This document shows positions 1-9,029 of a DNA stretch of 32,000 nt, one piece after another. The DNA is taken from positions 240,001 through 272,000 of the forward strand of contig NZ_CP007536.1 of the NCBI RefSeq assembly GCF_000698785.1, written 5' to 3'. The notes below the pieces were generated by a model. It was not told the DNA's origin. It searched no databases and saw only the letters and a list, made by a program, of their open reading frames with translations. This DNA is from Nitrososphaera viennensis EN76. Its GTDB lineage: Archaea > Thermoproteota > Nitrososphaeria > Nitrososphaerales > Nitrososphaeraceae. A program made the translations under genes and the position numbers. Position 1 is the first letter of the stretch; every line of letters begins with the position of its first letter.

Positions 1-641
1 ATGAGCGACTGCAATTTCGCAGGCTCTATGGCGTCCTTGTATTCTGCTAGCACGCCCTGCGCGCCCTTTTTTGGCACCTTGTCGACTGCGCGGAACATTT
101 CAAGCACCTTTTCTTCTTCGCTGATGCCAAGCACTTTTCTGATGTACTCTTCTACCAGCTGCCGGTCGTTTACCTGTATGGATACTGCAAGACCGAGTTT
201 CTTGAAAAACGCCGACACGAATTCGATTACCTCCGCGTCGGACTCGAGCGAAAACGGCCCGTACACTTCAATGTCCCACTGGTGGAAATACCTGTAGCGC
301 CCCGCCTGCGGCTCGTCGTAGCGCCACACGCCGGCAAACGCCGCTATTTTGGCCGGCATCTTCAGGTCGCGCCTTGCAGCAACGTGGCGCGTAAGGCCTA
401 TAGTCAGGTCAAAGCGCAAAGCAACGTCGCGGTCGCCCTTGTCCTTGAACGCGTAAATTTCATTGGAAATGGAAGCGCCGCTCTTGGCCTCAAGCGTGGA
501 GAGCATCTCCAAGGGCGAGGGCTCCATCATGCGAAAGTTGAACAGCCGCGCGGTCTCAAAGAATTTCTCCCGGACGAAATTGATGCCTGCAAGGTCATCG
601 CTTTCGATGTCCCTCATGCCGCGGGGAAGTTCCAGCTTCAC
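1..641 (-). CDS. hisS: histidyl-tRNA synthetase, N-terminal part (3' end runs off the window start)
   Basis: My reverse-strand translation is absent from the ORF track because no stop falls in the window. It reads LELPRGMRDIESDD..FRMMEPSPLE..ALRFDLTIGLTRHVA..WRYDEPQAGRYRYFHQWDIEVYG, which are class II aaRS motifs in the HisRS form. Start placed at GTG 641 (MKLELPRGMRD); an in-frame ATG at 719 is the alternative. Confidence 0.85.
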   Translation of the reverse strand, partial: MKLELPRGMRDIESDDLAGINFVREKFFETARLFNFRMMEPSPLEMLSTLEAKSGASISNEIYAFKDKGDRDVALRFDLTIGLTRHVAARRDLKMPAKIAAFAGVWRYDEPQAGRYRYFHQWDIEVYGPFSLESDAEVIEFVSAFFKKLGLAVSIQVNDRQLVEEYIRKVLGISEEEKVLEMFRAVDKVPKKGAQGVLAEYKDAIEPAKLQSL

Positions 642-724
642 ACCAGTAGCACGAGGCTGTTGGCATTTAGATTTTGCGCTGGTCGCAAGCGCGCTTAAAT
701 ATGACGGTGTGTAATACATAAAGT

Positions 725-943
725 GTGACGACAATAAGCGTGAGGGTATCAGAGAAGGAAAAAGCCGCGCTCAGAAGGCACGGCAAGATTTCCAAGGTGG
801 TAAAAGAAGCCATAAACCTTTACCTTGATTCTGCGCGATCCAGAGAGACCTTCAAGAGGCTAAAAGAACTTCAGCAAGCAGAGAACATCACGACAACTAC
901 GCGGGAAGAAGCCGCATTGATCAGGGAAGACCGGCATAGATAA
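725..943 (+). CDS. vapB: ribbon-helix-helix antitoxin (VapB/CopG-like)
   Basis: 72 aa with N-terminal TTISVRVSEKEKAALRR, a typical RHH beta-strand plus helix. It ends 3 nt before the PIN gene. GTG start. Confidence 0.7.
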   Translation: MTTISVRVSEKEKAALRRHGKISKVVKEAINLYLDSARSRETFKRLKELQQAENITTTTREEAALIREDRHR

Positions 944-946
944 ACA

Positions 947-1312
947 ATGATCGTTGCAGACAGCAGCTACCTTGTGGAAGGGTTGCTCAAGGACGTATCC
1001 TTGATTGAAAACGAAGGAGTGGTGGTCTCTCCCGATCTTGCTCTCTATGAAGTCGTCAACGCCGTCTGGAAGCATGAAACCGTATTAAAAGACATCAAGG
1101 ATGGCCGGCCATATCTGGATGTCCTGTCCAAGTTGGTCTCTGCTCGCGCAGTTCGATTCGTAAAGCCGGACAAGAAAATAATCGGACAGGCTTATCAGCT
1201 TGCTTCCAAGAAAAGATGCACCTTTTATGACGCCGTTTTTGTAGTCCTTGCCCTAGAACTTGGACTTGAACTAAAGACATTTGACGAGGCTCAGCGCGCC
1301 CTTTTGCCTTGA
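947..1312 (+). CDS. vapC: PIN-domain ribonuclease toxin (VapC-like)
   Basis: 121 aa with an N-terminal IVADSSYLV acidic motif (Asp at position 5), internal acidic residues, C-terminal TFYDAVFVVLA and FDEAQ. Size and pairing with an upstream RHH gene fit VapBC. Confidence 0.75.
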   Translation: MIVADSSYLVEGLLKDVSLIENEGVVVSPDLALYEVVNAVWKHETVLKDIKDGRPYLDVLSKLVSARAVRFVKPDKKIIGQAYQLASKKRCTFYDAVFVVLALELGLELKTFDEAQRALLP

Positions 1313-1359
1313 AAAAGTGCGCCGCTGTCTTATTATAACAACATGGAGCAGCAATCGTC

Positions 1360-1791
1360 ATGGCCGGCGGCTACCGGTTTTTGGACCACATGACAGACGC
1401 CGTGGTAGAGGCACACGGCAGCACGCTGGAAGAAGCGTTCGTACAGGGCGCACGTGGGCTTGTGGACACGATGGTGGACCTTGACACCGTACGGCCTGTT
1501 ATGGAAGTAAAGATAGAGGCAGAAGGCCACGACCTTGAATCCCTGCTTTTTGACTGGCTTGACAGGGTGATGCTCTTGATGGTGGCAGACGGGATTGTAC
1601 TGTCGGAATTTTCAGTGAAGATACAGAAACTGGACGGCGGTAATTATCTTCTGAAGGGCGCTGCCAAGGGAGAAAAAATAGACCTTGCCCGGCACCGCTA
1701 CAAGGTCGAGATAAAGGCGATAACGTACCACGAGATGCTTGTCAGGCAGGAAAAAGGCAGGGTGACGATAAGGTTCCTGATGGACCTCTGA
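1360..1791 (+). CDS. archease
   Basis: 143 aa. FLDHMTDAVVEAHGSTLEEAF at the N-terminus and IKAITYHEM near the C-terminus are the conserved archease signatures. Confidence 0.8.
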   Translation: MAGGYRFLDHMTDAVVEAHGSTLEEAFVQGARGLVDTMVDLDTVRPVMEVKIEAEGHDLESLLFDWLDRVMLLMVADGIVLSEFSVKIQKLDGGNYLLKGAAKGEKIDLARHRYKVEIKAITYHEMLVRQEKGRVTIRFLMDL

Positions 1792-1806
1792 AAGAAAAAG
1801 GAGAGG

Positions 1807-2319
1807 CTACTTGACGTCCACCTTGGTCTCGTCTTCGCCTCTTGTCGGGACCTTTTTTGGCAGTTCAAGCTTCAGTATGCCGCTTTCCACCTTGGCGCTG
1901 ACTTTTGAGGGGACTATTTCTTCTGGGACCGGGACGTTGCGGTAAAACGACCTGTACAGCCTTTCGGTGTAGAGGTAGCGCTTGCCCTTTTCCTCTGTTT
2001 TCTCAGAGTGCTTGCCGGATACCTCGACGGTGTACCTTGTGGCCTTGACGTCTATCTTTTCCTTTTCTATTCCCGGCACCTCTACCTGCAGCTCGTACCT
2101 GTCGCCCTTGTCGACCAGGTCGTACAGCGCCAGCCTCATGTCCCTTGCCTCAAACAGCGACGGCATGTCTGGCCAGTTCATTGCCAGCGGCCAGGGCCTC
2201 ATCATGCGTTCCATGTCGCGCCTAAAGTTGTCAAAGATGTTTTCAAACCTCCTCGGCGTAATGGCGGTACTGCTATTTTCCTCGTCTCTTTTCGACTCTC
2301 TCCCTTCTTTGGAGCTCAT
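1807..2319 (-). CDS. small heat-shock protein, Hsp20/alpha-crystallin family
   Basis: Alpha-crystallin domain pattern (DLVDKGDRYELQVEVPGIEKEKIDVKA..VEVSGKH...GILKLELPK). Start moved to the internal ATG at 2319 (MSSKEGRE), because the 24-codon upstream extension in the track looks non-coding. Confidence 0.85.
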   Translation of the reverse strand: MSSKEGRESKRDEENSSTAITPRRFENIFDNFRRDMERMMRPWPLAMNWPDMPSLFEARDMRLALYDLVDKGDRYELQVEVPGIEKEKIDVKATRYTVEVSGKHSEKTEEKGKRYLYTERLYRSFYRNVPVPEEIVPSKVSAKVESGILKLELPKKVPTRGEDETKVDVK

Positions 2320-2686
2320 ATTCTCTATACGTTGGCAAATTATTTGAGAGCTTTGAATGCAGTGCAATGCAAAAAGCTGATTTCTGCACATATAGAACTG
2401 AAGTTTTGGATAACAGGCTAAAGTCGGCCGGCAAGATTGATAGGTACGAGAAAAAGATCAGTTTGAACTCACAGAAAACGGATGTAGTTTGATGGATCGC
2501 AGTTACTACGTAAGACGAAGTTGTGCGACTCCGCACCTATCAACATCAACTTGGTTGCAGATATCATTGCAAAGAAGGACGAAATACAGTGGGAAGATGA
2601 AGAAGAGGGAGATACGAACCTGAGAGTGATCTTTAGAACAGGAGGGATAAGGATATAATCTTCTATAATTATGCAAATCTGAATAG

Positions 2687-5600
2687 TTGGAAATCGAGGA
2701 GTTCGATGCTCGACTTAAGGAGTACAGCCACGATGTAGCGGGCGCAAATACAGAATCCATGAAGGCATTCTATTTCTTGGAATTTGTTAGGTCAGTTTTC
2801 CGCAATAGTGATAGTGCTCTCGTAGCAAATACTCCGCATAAGGTATTCCCTGACCTTGAAAGATACATTAAGAGTGAGAAGACTGTCATTGTCAAAGGAA
2901 GAGTAGATGCATTTCTAGGAAATCTGATAATCGAGTTTGAAGGGAATTTGCGGCAGGCGAAAATGGAGGAAGCAACACGTCAATTAAAACAATACACTTC
3001 AATTCTCTGGAATAATCATGGTCGTGTTGACTACCTTTGTCTCGCAACGGATGGTCTTAGCTTCTTTATTTTTAGACCAAAATCAGAAGCAACAGAGAAC
3101 TATACACCCGGTTCGATCCAGTTGCAGCCAGTCGATGAATTTGATATCCGAAAAGAAAGTGCTAGAACTATTCTCAAACAACTAGAGCGCTATATGCTAT
3201 ATCCTGCTCTACGTCCTGTAACTGGAGAGGATATTGCTCGGGATTTTGGCACCAACAGTCTTGTATTATCATATTCTATCGATGTCTTGAAACGCGCTTG
3301 GAACAAGATAAAGGATGAAATCACAGTTGTTCATAATGAATGGTCAAAGTATCTAAGTATAGTGTATGGTAGCGAGGTCAAGAATGAAGAATTATTCCTA
3401 AAGCATACTTACCTTGCTACTCTTGCAAAATTGATGGTCTATACGTACTATCAATCTAACACACTGCCCACCTCAAGGGAAGTCATCAATAAGATACTGA
3501 AAGGTGATGTCTTTAGGGAGTGGGGGGTAGAAAATTTCCTTATTGAAGATTTCTTTTCGTGGATTATTAAAGACTCGGTTAATGAAGAGGGAATCGAAGT
3601 CTCCAGAAGGATCTTAGATGCACTAGAACGGTATGACTTAACAAAGTTAAATGAGGATATTTTCAAGGAGCTTTATCAGGAACTAGTCGATCCAACGGAA
3701 CGTCATGCGTTAGGAGAATTCTATACTCCTGATTGGCTTGCCGAGATGATGGTCGAAGAAGTCGTAACAAACCCCACAGCAAGGATTTTGGATCCATCAT
3801 GTGGCTCCGGAACATTCCTCGCAGCGACTATTCGATACAAGCTATCAAAACTCTCCGGAAAGAGAGCAGGAGACCAAATAAAAATAATCTCGACTACAGT
3901 AGTCGGTATAGATGTTCATCCACTTGCGGTTCTTATCAGTAAGGCAAACTACCTAATGGCGCTCGGAGATATGCTGAGCAAATTGGGAGGAAAAATTTTC
4001 ATCCCGATTTACATGGCAGATTCAATAACTTTTCCTGTGCCATCCAAATCGATCGCAACATACAGTGCAAGGGAAAACGAAGATGTTTACGTATACACAG
4101 TAGATAATCGGACACAACTAATCCTGCCTCAAGCGATTATAGATGCAGAGTCTGTCGATTTTGTGATTGATATCATTAAAGATTATGCAATCAAGAAATC
4201 TGCCAATGCCGACTTCTCCAGCAAAGGGTTTCAAGCTCTTCTCCAAAAAGGCTATGGCATTACAAATGATCAATTCGATGTTATTCTTGCCACTGCAAAT
4301 GCTCTAGCAGACCTGATCAAGAATAAGAGAGACAGCATACACCCCTTCATTCTGAAAAACATCTACAAGCCCTCAATGATTGGCAAATTCGATATTATAA
4401 TAGGAAATCCGCCTTGGCTGTCGTACAAGGATGTTAGGAGCGTCGACAGACAGAGGAAATTAAAAGAGATCATCATTCAGAAGTACCGGCTACTAGACTC
4501 TTCTGAAGAGAAATTACTCACACACATGGAAATGGCAACATTATTTTTTGCAAGGTGTTCTGATATTTTTCTTAACGAAGAAGGAAAGATAGCATTTGTC
4601 CTTCCGCGAAGTGTCTTCAACTCAGACCAACACGAGCGATTTAGAGATAATACCTTCATCCCTCAAGTAGGTTTTACTCTTTTGTTCGATTTAGAGAAAA
4701 ATCAAAGAGAAAGAGTTAGTCCGCTTTTTAGCATTGAATCGTGTGTTGTTTTTGGTCAAAAGGGAGCAAAAACCAAATACCCAATAAATACTCGTCTAAT
4801 GATCGGCAGACTTCCTTCGAAGAATGTAACGCTAGAAGTAATAAGAAGCCGTATCGAAACAGGAGCTTTCAAAATAACGTCGCATAGCACGCAACTAACT
4901 GTAATTGGAAAAAGAAAGACGTGGAGTTACGACAAGCAGACTGAATTGAAAAAAGCGCGCAGTCCGTATATGCAGCTATTTCGCCAAGGAGCAACCATTG
5001 TACCGCGAAGTTTTTGGTTTGTAGAAGTTGTGGAACACCCAAAGTTCCCAATCGATCTAGCAGAACCCTACGTTCAGACTAGCAAACGAGCGCAAGAAAT
5101 GGGAAAGACGGATTACAAAAGTATTGTAATTCAAAACAAAGTTGAAAAGGATTATCTTTATTCTTCTATTCTGGGATCCGATTTACTGCCATTTTGTAAT
5201 CTGCCATACAGACTCACAGTCTTGCCAGTCTCTGTATCTGATAAATCATTTCGTATTATAACCAAGGAGACAGCAGAAATGAGAGCACATAAACACATGC
5301 AGCAATGGCTTGAACAAGCTGAAAACAATTGGAGTAAGATTAGAGGACAAAAGGCCGAAAAAATGACAATTTATGAAAGGCTGGATAGAGGAAAAGCTAT
5401 TTCAAATCAGGATCCTTTGGCCAAGTTGGTAGTTGTTTATAATGCTACGGGAAGAAAAAACCTAGTTGCTTCCTTGCTGCATTCGGATGAATTTCATAAA
5501 GTTGGAGAGGGACAAAGGTCGATAGCGACTCAAGGTTTCATCTGTGATCATAAGGCGTACATGTATTATCCTAAGAGCTCTGACGAAGCATATTATCTCA

Positions 5601-5917
5601 TTGCTATACTCAATTCAAATTTCGTTTTTTCAATTTTATTAAAAATCAAATCTGCCAGAGGTATTCATAAGAAGATTTGGGAATTGCCTATTCCGCTATA
5701 TGATAAAGACAATCCTCTCCACAGAGCTATAAGCAAATTAGGGATGATATGCGAACAGAAAGCAAGGAAACTTTTGGATGAAGAGCTTCGTCACTTTGGT
5801 TCTACAGAATCGCTTCACACAGGTGCCACAGGAAAACTTCGCAAGGTCTTAAGAGAAGGTATAAAAAAAGAACTTGATGAAATCGATAAGCATGTCGCAT
5901 CCCTTCTTAAGGCTTGA
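2687..5917 (+). CDS. fused restriction-modification-type protein: N-terminal PD-(D/E)xK-like region, gamma-class N6-adenine DNA methyltransferase, and a large C-terminal target-recognition-type region (type IIG architecture)
   Basis: GEFYTPDWLAEMMV followed by ILDPSCGSGTFL (SAM motif I, nt ~3783-3818) and IIIGNPPW (motif IV, nt 4403-4417). The order X-I-IV with ~500 aa after motif IV indicates gamma class with a C-terminal TRD. N-terminal KGRVDAFLGNLIIEFEGNL resembles the MmeI-type nuclease segment. TTG start lies directly after an in-frame TAG. The gene is AT-rich relative to its flanks. Confidence 0.8.
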   Translation: MEIEEFDARLKEYSHDVAGANTESMKAFYFLEFVRSVFRNSDSALVANTPHKVFPDLERYIKSEKTVIVKGRVDAFLGNLIIEFEGNLRQAKMEEATRQLKQYTSILWNNHGRVDYLCLATDGLSFFIFRPKSEATENYTPGSIQLQPVDEFDIRKESARTILKQLERYMLYPALRPVTGEDIARDFGTNSLVLSYSIDVLKRAWNKIKDEITVVHNEWSKYLSIVYGSEVKNEELFLKHTYLATLAKLMVYTYYQSNTLPTSREVINKILKGDVFREWGVENFLIEDFFSWIIKDSVNEEGIEVSRRILDALERYDLTKLNEDIFKELYQELVDPTERHALGEFYTPDWLAEMMVEEVVTNPTARILDPSCGSGTFLAATIRYKLSKLSGKRAGDQIKIISTTVVGIDVHPLAVLISKANYLMALGDMLSKLGGKIFIPIYMADSITFPVPSKSIATYSARENEDVYVYTVDNRTQLILPQAIIDAESVDFVIDIIKDYAIKKSANADFSSKGFQALLQKGYGITNDQFDVILATANALADLIKNKRDSIHPFILKNIYKPSMIGKFDIIIGNPPWLSYKDVRSVDRQRKLKEIIIQKYRLLDSSEEKLLTHMEMATLFFARCSDIFLNEEGKIAFVLPRSVFNSDQHERFRDNTFIPQVGFTLLFDLEKNQRERVSPLFSIESCVVFGQKGAKTKYPINTRLMIGRLPSKNVTLEVIRSRIETGAFKITSHSTQLTVIGKRKTWSYDKQTELKKARSPYMQLFRQGATIVPRSFWFVEVVEHPKFPIDLAEPYVQTSKRAQEMGKTDYKSIVIQNKVEKDYLYSSILGSDLLPFCNLPYRLTVLPVSVSDKSFRIITKETAEMRAHKHMQQWLEQAENNWSKIRGQKAEKMTIYERLDRGKAISNQDPLAKLVVVYNATGRKNLVASLLHSDEFHKVGEGQRSIATQGFICDHKAYMYYPKSSDEAYYLIAILNSNFVFSILLKIKSARGIHKKIWELPIPLYDKDNPLHRAISKLGMICEQKARKLLDEELRHFGSTESLHTGATGKLRKVLREGIKKELDEIDKHVASLLKA

Positions 5918-6136
5918 GTTGTCAAACACAGTAGAAATGTATTGCAGACCATGACGTATGGTTCTACAAGGGGATAACTTCTCTAGTACGAGGCACAATC
6001 CAAGGCTATTCTATTAATGCCTTTATCGTTATTTTTGCTCCTTGTCCATGAACTCTTTAGGGAGTAGCCATTACCAAGATATCAAACCTTATTAGATCCT
6101 GTACGCCCGCCCAACCGTAAGTGACACGTGACAAAA

Positions 6137-6757
6137 ATGAGCGAAGACCATCACAACAACAATGACAAGATAAACGTAGTAGGGATAAACGTGCTAAAGC
6201 AGAACGGGGCAAACGTGGACGAGATAGTCAGGCTCTTGGTGTACAACGCGTCGGTCGAGTTCACCGCGTACTATTACTTCACGAACCTGCGCGCACACTG
6301 CACCGGCCTTGACGGCGAGGGGCTAAAGGGCGTCATCGAGGACGCGCGCCTTGAGGACCTGAGCCACTTCGAGTCGTGCATCCAGCGCATCTACGAGCTG
6401 GGCGGAACGCTGCCATACGACGCAATAGAGTTTGTAAGGATGTCGGGGTGCGAATTCCTGCAACTGCCAACACCTACAACAAACATCCAAGAGATAATGA
6501 AAAAGTGCCTTGCAGCAGAGCAGGGTGCCATAGTCAACTGGAACAAGCTGTGCAACCTTACAATAGGCAAGGACCCTGCGACCTACGAAATAGCCAAGGA
6601 CATACTAAAAGAAGAGATAGAGCACGAGGCGTGGTTCCTCGAGCTTATCTACGGCAGGCCGTCAGGCCACATGCGCAGAAAATACGCCGGCGAGCGGCCG
6701 CACACGCACAAGCACTCTAGACAACTACCTGATCACGCTCTATCGGACATAACATGA
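6137..6757 (+). CDS. ferritin-like diiron protein (Dps-like/bacterioferritin-like)
   Basis: Four-helix-bundle ferritin-like pattern: SVEFTAYYYF..EDARLEDLSHF..AEQGAI..EEIEHEAWF (E..H metal ligand pairs). ATG 6137 preferred over the GTG 6128 in the track. Confidence 0.65.
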   Translation: MSEDHHNNNDKINVVGINVLKQNGANVDEIVRLLVYNASVEFTAYYYFTNLRAHCTGLDGEGLKGVIEDARLEDLSHFESCIQRIYELGGTLPYDAIEFVRMSGCEFLQLPTPTTNIQEIMKKCLAAEQGAIVNWNKLCNLTIGKDPATYEIAKDILKEEIEHEAWFLELIYGRPSGHMRRKYAGERPHTHKHSRQLPDHALSDIT

Positions 6758-7080
6758 GAAAGTTGGAAAAATCATTACTCATCCAATATCTGGGAGACAC
6801 GCCCAAGCTCAGGATAATAGACTTTTTTCTGGAAAACCGGAGCGACTACTCCAAAAAAGAGATCATAGAAAACACGGGGATATCCAAAACGACGTTCTAC
6901 AAGGTGTGGGATGAACTGGTGCAGTTTGGCATCGTGAAGGAAACAAGAAAGTACGGCATGGCGCAACTCTACACGCTGGACGAAAAAAATCCCGTGATAA
7001 AAAAGTTCATGGCTCTTGATGCCGAGCTGGCCAAGCAGGCCATGAAAAGGGCTACTGGCGAGCTGGCAATCGCCGGCTAG
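6754..7080 (+). CDS. winged helix-turn-helix transcriptional regulator
   Basis: 108 aa. LRIIDFFLEN..YSKKEIIENTGISKTTFYKVWDELVQFGIVKETRK..LYTL is an HTH plus wing. Its start overlaps the ferritin-like stop (ATGA), suggesting co-transcription. Confidence 0.65.
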   Translation: MRKLEKSLLIQYLGDTPKLRIIDFFLENRSDYSKKEIIENTGISKTTFYKVWDELVQFGIVKETRKYGMAQLYTLDEKNPVIKKFMALDAELAKQAMKRATGELAIAG

Positions 7081-7086
7081 GCGCGT

Positions 7087-8112
7087 TTATCCAAACCACT
7101 TTTCAAGCGACTGGCTCCGGCTTTCCTGCGCCTTTTGCAGCTTGTCAAGCATGCCGGCGACCCTGTCGGTTGAAAAGCTCTTTTGCACGCACAGAAAATC
7201 CAAGATCTTTTCGCGGCTGACCTCTCCAAAGCTGACGCCGTCTGATTTTGGCACCTCCGGCTTTAGAAAGATGTCGCGTATCTCCTGGTACGGGACCTCT
7301 GCAAGCTGGCTCTTTACCTTCTCTACGTTTTCAAGCCTGCCGTTTTCCTTTATCAGTTTTATAGCCGTCTTGGGGCCGATGCCGGGAAACCCGCCGGGGT
7401 TAAAGTCGGTGCCAATGAGTATGCCCACGTCTACCAGTTGCTCGTGCGTAAGGCCGGTCTCCTTCAGCACGTTGTCGTGCTCTATTATCTCTGGCTCGAC
7501 GTCGATGTAGGTGTTCTTGCCGGGGACCTTGCGCCTGCCCGACGCGGCAAGGTTGCGCACCAGCCTTCTTGCGCCAAACAGTATTGAATCGTAATCCTGG
7601 CTTGCAGACGCGTACGCCACGCCCGTCTTTGTCAGGTGCGCCGCGGCAGCCTCGCCGTCGGCCGGCGCCTGCACGTACGGTATGCCAAGCGCAGCCAACA
7701 GCATTTTTGATTCTTCCACCATGCTGTCTGTCAGGACGGACGTGCGCTTGCCGTATTTCACCGCGTCTTCCATCCTGCCTTCTTCCAGCGCATGGTTGTA
7801 CTGCGCGACCGCCTCCTGCTTGAGTTTGGACCTGCGCTCTATCTCCTGCGCCTTGAGCGCGTGCATCTTGCCGTCAAAGACGTACACCGGCTTGATGTTT
7901 TCTGCAAGCAGGTTGACGTTCCTGTAAAAGAGACCGCTGAGGTGGCTCGTCACCTCTCCCCTGCCGTTCATCAGGAGCTCGCCCGTAGGCCCGCGGATGG
8001 TGGAGAGGAACTGGTAGATGGTGTTGAAAGCGTCAATGGCAACTACCTTGCCCGACAGTTCTGCCAGCTTTATCGGCGTCGAGGTTATGAGCGGCTTTAG
8101 GTCAAGCCCCAT
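7087..8112 (-). CDS. fen: flap endonuclease 1
   Basis: MGLDLKPLI..LSGKVVAIDAFNTIYQFLSTIRGPTGELL..TSHLSGLFYR..PVYVFDGKMHALK..GIPYVQAPADGEA..SQDYDSILFGA..GTDFNPGG are XPG-N/XPG-I signatures. Start set at ATG 8112, since the track ORF's 57-codon extension overlaps the next gene. Confidence 0.92.
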   Translation of the reverse strand: MGLDLKPLITSTPIKLAELSGKVVAIDAFNTIYQFLSTIRGPTGELLMNGRGEVTSHLSGLFYRNVNLLAENIKPVYVFDGKMHALKAQEIERRSKLKQEAVAQYNHALEEGRMEDAVKYGKRTSVLTDSMVEESKMLLAALGIPYVQAPADGEAAAAHLTKTGVAYASASQDYDSILFGARRLVRNLAASGRRKVPGKNTYIDVEPEIIEHDNVLKETGLTHEQLVDVGILIGTDFNPGGFPGIGPKTAIKLIKENGRLENVEKVKSQLAEVPYQEIRDIFLKPEVPKSDGVSFGEVSREKILDFLCVQKSFSTDRVAGMLDKLQKAQESRSQSLEKWFG

Positions 8113-8165
8113 TGGGGTTTCTTGCACACGAGAAATTATAAGAATTTTTGCTACTGCTGTTACTA

Positions 8166-8921
8166 TTACTGCTTTTTGTAGTTGCGCATGGTTTGGGCTA
8201 TCCACTCGACGTCCTCCTTGCTCTTGGCAAGGCGGCCCAGTTTTACGCAGTCGCGTATGTCCTTTGACTTTAGCCTGTTCCACACCGCGTCAGCTATTGC
8301 AGCCGCAATGTCGGGCGCGACGCCCTCGCGTGCAAGCAGGTGCGTGCAGATTTCCGTGAAACTTCCAATGGAATACTGCTTGAAGTGGAGCACGATGAAC
8401 CTTGACAGGAGCGGCGTCAGCATGCGCTCGGTGCCGTTGCTTGTCGCAAACACCCACGTTTTCAGCTGCGTGTTGCGCGTTTTCTGGAACTTTGTCTCTG
8501 ACACGATCCCAGTCTCCATGAGGCTCAGGAGCGCGGTCTGGTCCTTCATGGGCATGTGCTCTATCTCGTCGACGATGAGGTAGCGGGGCCTTTTCTCAAA
8601 CAGATAATCGATCATGCCTGACTTGGTGCTGTGGCTCCCAAGCGTGAAGTAGGATCGCTCCAGCTTCATGCATTCCAGCATGAAAAGCGTCTTGGCCGAC
8701 GCCGGCGGGCCCACGAGGAGGATGTGCACCGGCTTTTCCGACGAAAGCGACATCTGGAACAGGCGCTTGACGTCGTCATAGCCCACGATGCTGTCAAAGG
8801 CAAGCGGCGACTGGTCCTGTTTTTGCTGCTGTTGCTCCTGCGATAGCTCTGCCGTCTTCTCGATCTTGTATTCGGAAAACTCTTCTTCGCTTACGCCGAC
8901 AGGCAGATCCTCAGACGACAC
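8166..8921 (-). CDS. AAA+ ATPase (RuvB/RFC-like clade), function unknown
   Basis: Walker A LLVGPPASAKT, Walker B YLIVDEIEH, sensor-1 FATSN, LLSRF. Q-rich acidic N-terminal tail. Confidence 0.7.
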   Translation of the reverse strand: MSSEDLPVGVSEEEFSEYKIEKTAELSQEQQQQKQDQSPLAFDSIVGYDDVKRLFQMSLSSEKPVHILLVGPPASAKTLFMLECMKLERSYFTLGSHSTKSGMIDYLFEKRPRYLIVDEIEHMPMKDQTALLSLMETGIVSETKFQKTRNTQLKTWVFATSNGTERMLTPLLSRFIVLHFKQYSIGSFTEICTHLLAREGVAPDIAAAIADAVWNRLKSKDIRDCVKLGRLAKSKEDVEWIAQTMRNYKKQ

Positions 8922-9006
8922 TCTGGGATGAGTTCTGCAAAACCGGTATTAGCCGTACCTGCTAAAGTTAGGTGCCTGCCTGCTCTAAATTTCTAGACCT
9001 GAATAG

Positions 9007-9029
9007 TAGCAGCAGCTAAGCTGCTGCTA
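9007..9029. repeat. 23-bp perfect palindrome TAGCAGCAGCT-A-AGCTGCTGCTA
   Basis: 11-bp arms around a single central base. It spans the stop codon and last Ala codons of the 9016..9342 gene. Confidence 0.9.

Noticed and set aside
1-714. Three plus-strand ORFs (1..297, 282..698, 463..714) in the track
   Set aside because: They lie antisense to a clear HisRS coding frame on the minus strand. That frame is missing from the track only because it lacks a stop in the window. Their sequences are low-complexity, Ser/Arg/Ala-rich antisense translations.
2489-2658. Short open frame ending ..VADIIAKKDEIQWEDEEEGDTNLRVIFRTGGIRI* upstream of the methyltransferase; possibly a gene remnant or small partner gene
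   Set aside because: It has only ~56 codons after a TAG, no ATG or GTG (only an internal TTG) and no recognisable motif. I cannot distinguish it from chance in AT-rich DNA.
8113-8283. N-terminal 57-codon extension of the FEN1 ORF overlapping the AAA+ gene's 3' end
   Set aside because: FEN1 proteins start at the conserved MG(V/L).L motif, found here at ATG 8112. The extension is Arg/Gln-rich and overlaps a real gene.
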